NCBI GenBank assembly: GCA_965661045.1
Contig: CBFICN010000002.1
Span: 1 to 62,170, forward strand
Length of the DNA stretch: 62,170 bases
Source: an uncultured Myxococcota bacterium
GTDB taxonomy: Bacteria; Myxococcota_A; UBA796
Reading direction: 5' to 3'
Under the pieces are notes generated by a model. The model was not told the origin of the DNA. It saw nothing but the letters and a program-made list of their open reading frames with translations, and did no database searches. Shown in pieces: positions 24,538 through 33,373 of the stretch; position 1 is the stretch's first letter; the number at the start of each line of letters is the position of its first letter. The position numbers and the translations under genes were made by a program.

Positions 24538-27500
24538 GGTCTCCGTTGTCCCCATTGACACCGTTTCCGCCATCGTTTGGTCGAGTGCCACCGCGTCCAC
24601 CACGACCACCAAGACCGGGGAGTCCAGCATCCAAATCGTTTTCGATACTGACCCAGTCTGCGGCAGGCGTGTATCCTATGACGTAGACGGCATAGCTGTT
24701 TCCACCGGCACCACCGCCGCCGCCGCCACCGTCACCACCAAAGCCACCGTCACCACCATAGCCACCGTCACGAGAACAAAATGCTGTGTTTTTGTCGGAT
24801 ACTCCACCCAAGCCTCCGAGGCCACCAAGTCCTCCAACACCACCATCGCCACCGTCACCACCATTTCCACCGTCACCAGCCGTGATGTCGTTGTTGATTA
24901 GGATCGGCAATGTGGCACAAGCAGTGCAGTTGACAAAAACTGCAAACGAAGAGCCACCACTTGTGCCAGCTATACCACCTTCTCCAGCGCACCCACCGGC
25001 ACCACCACCACCACCAGAACCACCAGCGTGGTTGTCAGCGCACTGACCTTCTCCGCCAGAACCAGCACCACCACCACCACCACCGGACCCATCGGTTCCC
25101 GCAATGCCTGATACTCCGGTACTGGCAATCCACTCAGTTCCGTTGAATGCACCTGTTGTTGTTGCACCTAGACCACCGGATCCATCAGATCCATTGCCTC
25201 CTAGTGTGCCGTCATCGCCACCAGTGGCACAGGAGTCTACAAAGCAAGAGCTACAAGTGCTATTGAGTATAAGATCACAAGAGCCTACGCCACCTAGACC
25301 TGGCACTGCACCAGAGCCATCAGACCCTGTGGGTTGGTCTTGTCTGCCTATAATTTGTCCCCATCGGTTTGTTGTAACATCTGGACAAATCTGCGAGGCT
25401 CCACTTCCGCCATCAATCGCTCCTGATTGTGCACACGTGTTGGTTCCGCCTGCTCCACCGTCATAAGAGTCTTGATTGCAATTGAACTGCCCTCCGTCCA
25501 TGCCGGCTTCTCCATCCCCACCGTCGCTTCCATCCTGCCCTAGATTTCCATCTGTTCCATCCTCCGCGTCGTCCGCCAATATGATGTTGTTTGACAGTTC
25601 GAAGGCATCGGAACAGTCTTCGATGTAAACCGTAATAATTGAAGCACTGGCACTTTGATCTGACGGTGTGAAGAAACTGAATCCGTCGACTTTTGCACCA
25701 TTTACAATGTTGCTGGCGCTCAAGGCAGGAACCCCAGCCGCGCTTTCGACCACCGAGGGGTCCGCGGCGGTGTCACGGAATGTGAAGTTGGCATCCATTG
25801 CTCCCATCAAGGTTATGCCATCCACCATTTCAATGCTTTCAGCATAGTTCCCAGATTCCACCAGTACATAGGGAAGGTTGTTGTTTTGTGCCAACGTCAA
25901 TCCTGCTGTGATGGTATCGACGGGAGCTCCCCACGAACCATCTCCACCGGCAGCTCCTTGGCTGCTGGAAACGTGAATCGCCAATGCGTGATCGCCGTCC
26001 GTTCCATCGCAGTTCTGATCGATGCCGTCGAAGTCTGGGTCGGTGGCGCTGAAGAATTCGCACTCACACCCATCATTGATGTCGGCGTTGGCGTCAAAGA
26101 ATCCTGCGTCGCATTCAAAACCACAATCGGGTGTGGATAGACTGGCGTCGCACATGGGTTCGGCATTGTTGAAGGTCAAGCCACTACAGTCATTTCCACA
26201 AGAACCACAGTTGTCGATGTCGACGTATTGTCCGTTGGTCACGAACCCTTCATCCACGGTGCCATCACAGTTGTTGTCGAGGTTGTCACAGACCTCTCCG
26301 GCATTGGGGAAGGAAGTCGCAGAGTCGTCGTTGCAATCAAGGTCATTGGTTGTGTAAAACTGGGGTTGAGAGCATCCGTAGAAAGGAGAGTTGGGGTCAC
26401 CAAAGCCATCTTGATCGTAGTCCAAGTAATAGGTGAGTTCCACCGCTTCATCCACAGTACCATTGCAGTCATTGTCAATGCCGTCGCACACTTCAACGGC
26501 GATTGGACTTGCGGATACTTCTGAGTCATTGCAGTCTGCGGCATTTAAGACGTATCCTTGAGGTTGTTCACAGGCGATTTGTGAAACACTCACATTTCCA
26601 TATCCGTCTCCATCAGAGTCCAAGTAATAGGTGGCATCTAAATTTTCGTTGATAACCCCATCGCAGTTGTTGTCGATGGCATCACAAATTTCTGTGGCTA
26701 CGGGGTTGGCTGAAGCCTCGGCATCGTTGCAGTCGTCTCCATTGTTGACATGGTTGGCCAGTGGTGCACAAGAGACTTGTAGCGTGTTGGGATCTCCGAA
26801 TCCATCGCCATCGGCATCCAAGTAATAGTCGGCATCTAAATTTTCGTTGATGACCCCATCGCAATTGTTGTCGATGGCATCACAGATTTCGCTGGCGATT
26901 GGGTTGGCAGCGACCTCTCCATCGTTGCAGTCATCTCCATTGGAGACGTACCCTTGTGGTTGCGCACAGGCGATTTGTTGATTGCTGATGTCGCCAAAGC
27001 CATCTCCGTCGGCGTCCATATAATAGATGGCGTCCAGTCCTTCGTTGATGATTCCATCGCAGTTGTTGTCGATGGTGTCACAAATCTCTACGGCAAAGGG
27101 CGACACGGAGGCACTGGCATCGTCGCAGTCATCAGCATTGTCTGTATACCCAGTCGGGCGTACACAAGACTGGCTCTGGTACAGTGGATCTCCAAAGGTG
27201 TCACCATCGGCATCCAAGTACCATGTCACAATCAATCCCTCGTCGGTAGTTCCATCACAGTTGTTGTCAATGTTGTCACAAATCTCCTCTGCGCCAGGAA
27301 AAGCGGAGGCCTCGGCGTCGTTACAGTCGTCGGAATTTTCCACCAAACCATTGCTGGTGTCACAGACTGTAGCGGGGTTGTTTGGATCCCCATATCCATC
27401 GCCATCGGCATCCTGATAGAACACACTGGTTAAGTTGCCGTCGACATCTCCATCACAGTCGTTGTCAATGCCGTCACAGACTTCAGGTGCATCTGGGTAG

Positions 27501-28084
27501 GCAGTGGCATTTAGGTCGTTGCAGTCGTTGTCGTTGGACACGTAGCCATTGCCTGGATTGCAATCGGTGGAAGGGAAATTTGGATCGCCATACCCATCTC
27601 CATCATAATCCAAGTACCACAGCACATTGAGGTTTTCGTCTGTTTCGCCATCGCAATTGTTGTCAATTCCATCACATTGCTCCGGTGCACTTGGATAGAC
27701 AGAAGCATTGTTGTCGTTGCAATCATTGGAAATGGGCACATAGCCTTCTGGTAGAACACAGGATTCTGTAAAGTTGACACCCCCAAATCCGTCTCCGTCG
27801 AGGTCTTCATAGTACACTTGTCGAACACCCTCATCGACTTGGCCATCGCAGTTGTTGTCTACGCCGTCACACAATTCTTCTGCATTGGGATTTGTTTGAG
27901 CATCTTGATCATCGCAATCTTCGTCTCCAAAATACCCATCTCCATCTGCGTCCAAGGCTTCAACTTCAGGCTCTTCGGTATTGACTTCAATCGTTTTGGC
28001 CTCTTCGCCACAGGCAAATAGCAACGCACTGGTGGACAACAATAGGGACGTTTGGATGAATGATAAACTCATAAATATCTCCAT
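24527..28084 (-). CDS. Giant lipoprotein: nine MopE-like 'putative metal-binding motif' repeats, Cys-rich/beta-helix-like middle, Gly-rich C-terminus
   Basis: Lipobox 'ALLFAC'. Nine units of 'D.DGDG[YF]G....C..P.GY...DCND....PA.E.CD.IDNNCDG..DE'. Middle region 'DIDNCGSCGNDC'. Tail 'GDGGNGGDGGDGGVGGLGGLGGLGG' and 'GGYGGDGGFGGDGGGGGGGAGGNSYAVYV'. The second ATG (28072) has an internal GGAGA RBS and may be the true start. Confidence 0.9.
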   Translation of the reverse strand: MEIFMSLSFIQTSLLLSTSALLFACGEEAKTIEVNTEEPEVEALDADGDGYFGDEDCDDQDAQTNPNAEELCDGVDNNCDGQVDEGVRQVYYEDLDGDGFGGVNFTESCVLPEGYVPISNDCNDNNASVYPSAPEQCDGIDNNCDGETDENLNVLWYLDYDGDGYGDPNFPSTDCNPGNGYVSNDNDCNDLNATAYPDAPEVCDGIDNDCDGDVDGNLTSVFYQDADGDGYGDPNNPATVCDTSNGLVENSDDCNDAEASAFPGAEEICDNIDNNCDGTTDEGLIVTWYLDADGDTFGDPLYQSQSCVRPTGYTDNADDCDDASASVSPFAVEICDTIDNNCDGIINEGLDAIYYMDADGDGFGDISNQQIACAQPQGYVSNGDDCNDGEVAANPIASEICDAIDNNCDGVINENLDADYYLDADGDGFGDPNTLQVSCAPLANHVNNGDDCNDAEASANPVATEICDAIDNNCDGVINENLDATYYLDSDGDGYGNVSVSQIACEQPQGYVLNAADCNDSEVSASPIAVEVCDGIDNDCNGTVDEAVELTYYLDYDQDGFGDPNSPFYGCSQPQFYTTNDLDCNDDSATSFPNAGEVCDNLDNNCDGTVDEGFVTNGQYVDIDNCGSCGNDCSGLTFNNAEPMCDASLSTPDCGFECDAGFFDANADINDGCECEFFSATDPDFDGIDQNCDGTDGDHALAIHVSSSQGAAGGDGSWGAPVDTITAGLTLAQNNNLPYVLVESGNYAESIEMVDGITLMGAMDANFTFRDTAADPSVVESAAGVPALSASNIVNGAKVDGFSFFTPSDQSASASIITVYIEDCSDAFELSNNIILADDAEDGTDGNLGQDGSDGGDGEAGMDGGQFNCNQDSYDGGAGGTNTCAQSGAIDGGSGASQICPDVTTNRWGQIIGRQDQPTGSDGSGAVPGLGGVGSCDLILNSTCSSCFVDSCATGGDDGTLGGNGSDGSGGLGATTTGAFNGTEWIASTGVSGIAGTDGSGGGGGGAGSGGEGQCADNHAGGSGGGGGAGGCAGEGGIAGTSGGSSFAVFVNCTACATLPILINNDITAGDGGNGGDGGDGGVGGLGGLGGLGGVSDKNTAFCSRDGGYGGDGGFGGDGGGGGGGAGGNSYAVYVIGYTPAADWVSIENDLDAGLPGLGGRGGRGGTRPNDGGNGVNGDNGDQNW
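24530..25580 (-). repeat. Gly-rich low-complexity coding region (GGx runs)
   Basis: Long runs of GGN codons on the minus strand, which read as CCN/proline-rich shadow ORFs on the plus strand. Boundaries are approximate. Confidence 0.7.
26220..27955 (-). repeat. Intragenic tandem repeats of about 190-200 bp (nine MopE-like modules)
   Basis: Nine occurrences of the CD-x-[IVL]DN[ND]C[DN]G codon block. Two neighbouring units share 59 nt with only 3 mismatches (26634-26692 vs 26832-26890). Boundaries are approximate. Confidence 0.8.
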
Positions 28085-28244
28085 GGAACAGCAATGAAAT
28101 TCGCCTCTAAAGTCAACCTATCGCAAAAAACACCGAATGACATGTTCGATCTGTTTTCAGTCAACACAAAGGTGTGTTATTCTTTACGTACGCAGTACAG
28201 TCTTTCTGTAGTGCTGTACCATGAGATTCAATGAAGGAGATGCG

Positions 28245-29282
28245 ATGCGATTGAACCGAACCCTTTCAGCACTGTTGGTAATGAGCAGTCTGGTAGCCTG
28301 TGAAGATGAAAAACTGGAAACTGTCAACGACAGTGGTGTCGTTGAAGATGTCGACTCTGATGGAGATGGGGTTGTTGATTCTGAAGATGCGTTCCCTGAA
28401 GACCCTGAAGAGTCTAAGGACAGTGATGAAGACGGAATTGGGGACAACAGCGATGCGTTCCCAGATGACCCAGAAGAGTCTAAGGACAGTGATGAAGACG
28501 GTGTGGGCGACAACAGTGATGCATTTCCAGAAGATCCGAATGAAACAGCGGACAGCGATGAAGATGGCTTGGGAGACAACGCTGAGGACAATCTGGGCAC
28601 CGATCCCAACAATGTCGATTCTGATGGCGATGGATTAAAAGATGGGGACGAGGTTGTCGAAGGTACCGATCCAACAAATGAAGACACCGATGGCGACGGT
28701 TTATCAGACTCTGAAGAAATGGACGCTGGCACAAACCCCAACAATGGTGACACCGATGGCGATGGTGCGCTCGATGGAGATGAAGTTGACGACGGAACCG
28801 ATCCAACCGATGCCAACAGTGGAGGTGCAGATCCAATTGTACCGACCTCTGGATTTTGGAAGTTCAATTCTGCCACCGTGAGCAATGATCAGTGCAATTT
28901 GGCGACCATTCTTGGGTTTGCCGGTATGGGCATCGAAGATGTCCTGCCACCAGGGTTCGATATTTCTGCCAGCAGCAGTTCTAGTTTTACAGGAACCATG
29001 GCGGGATCCTCGACAACGTGTGCATTGACCGGTGCAAGTTTTAACTGTGGCTCACTCACCACTATTGAAACCTTTGACATGGCGCAGACAGGTTTTGGTT
29101 CTGGCTTGATTGACATCGAAATGGGCATCTCTTTGACCGGTACCATGATGGACGAGAACAATATGAACATGTCGCTGGACTTGGACCTATTGACTTGTAC
29201 TGGAGATGACTGTGGAACATTGCAACTGTTTGTGCCATATCCGTGTGGGGTTGGGGTTGTTGGAGATGCAACTTTACAATAA
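28245..29282 (+). CDS. Thrombospondin type-3 (calcium-binding) repeat lipoprotein with unknown Cys-containing C-terminal domain
   Basis: AAGGAG RBS then ATG 28245. Lipobox 'SSLVAC'. Repeats 'DSDEDGIGDNSDAFPDDPEESK' and 'DTDGDGLSDSEE'. Confidence 0.85.
   Translation: MRLNRTLSALLVMSSLVACEDEKLETVNDSGVVEDVDSDGDGVVDSEDAFPEDPEESKDSDEDGIGDNSDAFPDDPEESKDSDEDGVGDNSDAFPEDPNETADSDEDGLGDNAEDNLGTDPNNVDSDGDGLKDGDEVVEGTDPTNEDTDGDGLSDSEEMDAGTNPNNGDTDGDGALDGDEVDDGTDPTDANSGGADPIVPTSGFWKFNSATVSNDQCNLATILGFAGMGIEDVLPPGFDISASSSSSFTGTMAGSSTTCALTGASFNCGSLTTIETFDMAQTGFGSGLIDIEMGISLTGTMMDENNMNMSLDLDLLTCTGDDCGTLQLFVPYPCGVGVVGDATLQ
28353..28814 (+). repeat. Coding tandem repeats (66-bp period in the first part) encoding TSP3 D-x-D-x-D-G loops
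   Basis: D59, D81 and D103 start near-identical 22-aa units. The DNA strings gaagagtctaaggacagtgatgaagacgg recur. Confidence 0.8.
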
Positions 29283-29321
29283 ACAGAGTCATGTTGAATG
29301 TTGTTGACAATGTTTAAACAC

Positions 29322-29345
29322 AAAGGGGAGGAGACTCCCCTTTTT
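29322..29345 (+). terminator. Rho-independent terminator after the TSP3 gene
   Basis: AAAGGGGAG-GAGA-CTCCCCTTT followed by TT. Confidence 0.7.
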
Positions 29346-29412
29346 CGTTTGCTTTTGTTCACCAGTGGTGTACAAGGCAAACTGTTTTATTATTGAGAAT
29401 CGTGAGATTTGA

Positions 29413-30750
29413 ATGACTGATCCCAAACTCCAAGTCGAGTACACATCCACTACGGGTGAGGCAACTCTATACAATCTGCAAGACGAATTGCGAATTGGAC
29501 GAGCCTTTGCCTGTGACATCATTTTGTCAGATTTGCTGTCCTCTCGTGAACATGCCCGTTTTTTTAAAACAGACGAAGGGTACTGGGTCGAAGATCTCAA
29601 CAGCAGCAACGGTTCGTTTTTGAATGGACGTCGTCTACTTGAGGCAACTCGAGTTCTAGATGGGGATGTGCTCTCGATTGGTCAATGTAGATTTACTGTG
29701 CTGAGAGTGTCTCAGTCACAGACCTCAAGTATGGAAATTGTCTACATTCAAGACGCAATTGGGCAGACGCAGTTCAGTCAAGCCCTGTTGGAAAGCCCTG
29801 TTCACACTTGGTTGTTACACACAATCATTCTGTTGCCCAAAAGCAGCAGTCTTCAAGAAGTGGCATCGAACTTTGGTCGCGTGATTCAAGAAGCCTATGG
29901 TTTTACGGACGCCGAGATTTGGGCCACTCGTTCACAGTCTTTGAACGATATCTTTGCACTTCGAGGCCCCAATGCCAATCCGGCTGTCGTGCAAGAAATG
30001 AGTCTGAATGTCCAGCAGACAGTATGGCAAAAGCAAGCAGCAGTATGCTTGAATGATGGTGCAAATTCTTTGGTTGCAGTTCCAGTCATCATACAAGATC
30101 GAACTGTAGGGGTATTTACCGCTACCAAGACTTCAATACGCTTGACCCAATCAATATTGGAAAGTCTCATCGTTGTGCTACATGCATTCTCTAAAGAGTG
30201 GGTGTCTGTCGAGCCTTGGATAGCACATCACACGTCTCACATTCCGTTTGTCACGTCTTTGCAGTGGTTGCTCGCACCGATTTCAGATGGTTTGGTGTTT
30301 GAAACATTTCAGGAGCAGCAGCACATTTATCGGGCTGTGTTGCGCTACTTGTATCGAAACCTACCTTGGATTGAACGGGACAAGATCGTTGTCGAGTGTG
30401 CGATGGTCTTTTTGCATGAGGGCTTTGAAACGAATGCATTCAATCGGCAATTGTCTTGGCTCGAGCAAGGAGAAGATTTTTTTGCTCAATCGATGACGCA
30501 AGTTCTTCAAGATGTGTGTACACAATCCGTGAGTTCCGATCCACGTGTTCAGATCATTCACTTGTGTCAACGCGTGGTGGAACAGTGTCTCAACAATCGA
30601 TATTTATCGACCGTTGAAATTGTACGAAGGTTGAATGCTGGCTCTCTCAGTCCTGATTTTATGGTGTCGGAAACCGATATTTTGATCATCTTTGACATCA
30701 TCCAGCAAATCGAACAACAAGAGGCGGACACACAACTCTTTCATCGTTGA
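29413..30750 (+). CDS. FHA-domain protein with GAF-like middle domain and unknown helical C-terminus
   Basis: 'LRIGRAFACDIILSDLLSSREHARFFKTDEGYWVEDLNSSNGSFLNG' is the FHA core. The middle region '...SLVAVPVIIQDRTVGVFTATK' is GAF-like (tentative). Confidence 0.8.
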   Translation: MTDPKLQVEYTSTTGEATLYNLQDELRIGRAFACDIILSDLLSSREHARFFKTDEGYWVEDLNSSNGSFLNGRRLLEATRVLDGDVLSIGQCRFTVLRVSQSQTSSMEIVYIQDAIGQTQFSQALLESPVHTWLLHTIILLPKSSSLQEVASNFGRVIQEAYGFTDAEIWATRSQSLNDIFALRGPNANPAVVQEMSLNVQQTVWQKQAAVCLNDGANSLVAVPVIIQDRTVGVFTATKTSIRLTQSILESLIVVLHAFSKEWVSVEPWIAHHTSHIPFVTSLQWLLAPISDGLVFETFQEQQHIYRAVLRYLYRNLPWIERDKIVVECAMVFLHEGFETNAFNRQLSWLEQGEDFFAQSMTQVLQDVCTQSVSSDPRVQIIHLCQRVVEQCLNNRYLSTVEIVRRLNAGSLSPDFMVSETDILIIFDIIQQIEQQEADTQLFHR

Positions 30751-30851
30751 GGCTCGACAGGGATCCTTGAGCATCGTGGATGGGAGTTTTTCTATGGATG
30801 TGATATGATTCAACAATGTCAAAATAGAACCAATGACGTAGGATTGTTGAA

Positions 30852-31634
30852 GTGAACGACGTAGGACAAATAGAGGGGCACAAGGGCGTTAAACAGTTGT
30901 ATGGTTTTCTGCAAGTGTTGAACGATTTGTTGTTGGTCCCGATGTTTTTTCTGATTGTCGAAGAGATAGAGTATGGCGAAATCTCTTGGATGAGTACCAC
31001 CACCCAAGATTTGGTATTGAACATGCTCTTTTTGAGTGAGTGGGTGGTTGGTTTTTACCTCGCAGCCAATCGTCGACAGTACAGTTTGCGTGTCACAAAG
31101 ATTTTGGATCTGGTATCCTGTTTTCCATTTGCAACCTTGACTCAAGGGGTGCGTTTGGCTCGCCTCGCTCGCGTAGTCAAGGTGTTTCGTTTGATCAGTC
31201 GTGCGAAACGCTACAAAGGTGCAGGGGAAGAATTGATCCGCGCCTTCTCTTTGGTTGTGGCGACAGTGTTTGCAGGTGCCTATTCCTTCTTGGTGGTTGA
31301 ACCCAATCACCCAAATGTGATTGACTTTTGGGATGCGCTGTGGTGGTCTTTGGTGACAGTGAGTACAGTTGGCTATGGTGATGTGGTTCCAGAAACTTGG
31401 ATGGGTCGGATGATCGCTGCCCCTTTGATCATAATTGGGGTCGGGGTTGGCGGTTATGTGGCTGGGTTTATGAGCAAACTGATGGCCACCAGTACAGTTC
31501 AAGAAGAAGAGGCGCACTTTGCTGAGATAGAACGCAAATTGGATGCCTTGAATGACAAACTGGATCGCATATTGGTTGAATCCGATGATGGGAATTTGAA
31601 GACGGATTCTCCAGTAGACAATGCTGGTGCATAA
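30852..31634 (+). CDS. Voltage-gated-type (6TM-like) potassium channel
   Basis: Selectivity filter 'TVSTVGYGDV', S4-like 'RLARLARVVKVFRLISRAKR', coiled-coil C-terminus. GTG start; the start is uncertain. Confidence 0.85.
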   Translation: MNDVGQIEGHKGVKQLYGFLQVLNDLLLVPMFFLIVEEIEYGEISWMSTTTQDLVLNMLFLSEWVVGFYLAANRRQYSLRVTKILDLVSCFPFATLTQGVRLARLARVVKVFRLISRAKRYKGAGEELIRAFSLVVATVFAGAYSFLVVEPNHPNVIDFWDALWWSLVTVSTVGYGDVVPETWMGRMIAAPLIIIGVGVGGYVAGFMSKLMATSTVQEEEAHFAEIERKLDALNDKLDRILVESDDGNLKTDSPVDNAGA

Positions 31635-33373
31635 TGCCCTTGAACCCCTTATACGTAGGGATGTTGGTTGCAGTGGCTATGTGGGGTTCATTGGACGTTT
31701 GGTGGATCGTTGAATCTTGTCAGACGGTGTTGTCTGTACTGTTGATTCTCGGGGCACTGTTGGGCTGGGGATGGAATCTCTTTCCACGTGCTCAATGGGA
31801 CGTTGCTTGGCTTGTTGGACTGGGCGTGATGGGGACGTTGTTGCTTCCCATTGCGTGGTTTGTTGGACCCCAGTTCGGTATGGTGCTGTTGTCTGTTGGA
31901 TGGTGGACCTTGTGGCGTCGAAGGTGGGACTGGACTTGGATTGACTTGGGGCGAGAGAGTCAAGGACATTGCGTTGTTCTCGTGTTGATTGGGATGTGGA
32001 TGGTCTGGAATGCTCAACTTCCGATTGTGGATACCGATGCTCTCTACTACCACAACGCACTGCCCAAGCACATGTGGCTATTTAATGAACTCAAAGGTGG
32101 TACATTGGCTCCCAATGGATCGCGACCGTTGATTTTGCATCTGCCTTTGACCCTCGTCTATGGCTTGGGTGGGCACTCTGCAGTGGTACTCTTTGCCTCG
32201 TGGACGGCCTTGGGTGCTTGGACATCTTGTGTTCAAACAGTTGAGAAGCGACAGCCGGGACAGGGTTGGTGGATTTGGGGCGTCTTGCTGGGGTCATTTT
32301 CTTTGCTGGAGCAGTCGATGGTCACCGCCAACAATATTGTTGTGATGTGGTGGGTTTTGCTGGCTTATCGAGAGCAACGCGTCCCGTGGCTGTGGGGGAT
32401 GCTCTTGGGGTTTAGTGTAGCGGGAAAGTTTACAGCCGGTGGGGTGGCCTTGTTAATTGGGGTGTTCGGACGGCGAACGGTCTTGGACAAGGTCAAAGAG
32501 GCCAGTGTGGCAGGGGCGCTTGTTGGGGTTTGGTGTATACGCAATGTGCTCGATGGTTTACACCCACTGTTCCCATACCGCGGTTGGTCGATGGATATCC
32601 CCTTTGTATGGGTAGAAAAATATGGTGTTGGACGAGGTTTTGCTGATTTCTTTTGGGCCCCTTGGAACCTACTGATGCAGGCAAAGATCGATCAATTTCA
32701 ATTTTTGGGTCAGTTGTCTCCTGTATTTCTTGTCTTTGGTCTGGGAGTCTTGTTGTACATTGTACGGACCAAGCGATGGACCGATGGACTGTTGCTTATT
32801 GGAGCGTTTATTTTCTGGTTTATGGGACCCCATTGGATTCGACACCTCTTTCCAATGTTGGGCATCTTTTTGGTATTGGGTGCCAGCCATTGCGTGAGCC
32901 GAGGGGGACACATCATCTTTGTTGGCTTGATGTTGCTTGGTCTTCCTACCAATTTGAAGCCCTTTGTACTGTCACAAGTCAATCGTTGGGAGTCTACAGT
33001 CGAACCGACTGGTTTGGAGGCTACGCGTTGGTTGAATGCGCACGCCGAGGAAGGTAAGGTCGCCTTGTTTGCTTTGTGGACAGGCGCAATACTTGACAGG
33101 CCCTATGTTCTGTCTTCAGTCGAAGACCACACGCCGATTCGTCACTGGAGCTTGTTTTATGGAGACCGTGCCATTGAGCAACTCAAAAAAGAAGGGGTGA
33201 GATTTGTTGCTTTTGGTCCGCATACGTTCTTTCCTTCTGCCTATCCATTTTTATCAGCAGAAGAACTCGAACGAGACTGGACGGTCCCGATGGAAAATTT
33301 GGAGAGACAACTACAGAGGGACGGACGTTGGGTCACTCGATTCGACGGCGTTGATATTTATTTGTTGGAATAG
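31634..33373 (+). CDS. Polytopic membrane protein, possibly GT-C-fold glycosyltransferase (PMT_2/ArnT-like)
   Basis: ATG overlaps the channel stop (ATAATG). At least 10 hydrophobic segments. An acidic loop 'LPIVDTDALYYHNALP' follows the early TMs, and there is a soluble C-terminal ~130 aa. Family call is tentative. Confidence 0.45.
   Translation: MPLNPLYVGMLVAVAMWGSLDVWWIVESCQTVLSVLLILGALLGWGWNLFPRAQWDVAWLVGLGVMGTLLLPIAWFVGPQFGMVLLSVGWWTLWRRRWDWTWIDLGRESQGHCVVLVLIGMWMVWNAQLPIVDTDALYYHNALPKHMWLFNELKGGTLAPNGSRPLILHLPLTLVYGLGGHSAVVLFASWTALGAWTSCVQTVEKRQPGQGWWIWGVLLGSFSLLEQSMVTANNIVVMWWVLLAYREQRVPWLWGMLLGFSVAGKFTAGGVALLIGVFGRRTVLDKVKEASVAGALVGVWCIRNVLDGLHPLFPYRGWSMDIPFVWVEKYGVGRGFADFFWAPWNLLMQAKIDQFQFLGQLSPVFLVFGLGVLLYIVRTKRWTDGLLLIGAFIFWFMGPHWIRHLFPMLGIFLVLGASHCVSRGGHIIFVGLMLLGLPTNLKPFVLSQVNRWESTVEPTGLEATRWLNAHAEEGKVALFALWTGAILDRPYVLSSVEDHTPIRHWSLFYGDRAIEQLKKEGVRFVAFGPHTFFPSAYPFLSAEELERDWTVPMENLERQLQRDGRWVTRFDGVDIYLLE

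Noticed and set aside
24536-25466. Plus-strand ORFs with proline-rich products (for example 24786-25046 and 25104-25466).
   Set aside because: They are the antisense reading of GGN-rich codons in the Gly-rich tail of the 24527-28084 gene. They have no RBS and are pure low complexity, and the minus-strand frame has strong domain support.
28184-28885. 233-aa Ser/Pro-rich minus-strand ORF.
   Set aside because: It is an antisense shadow of the GAT/GAC/GAA-rich TSP3 repeat region. The plus-strand gene has an RBS, a lipobox and a recognisable repeat family.
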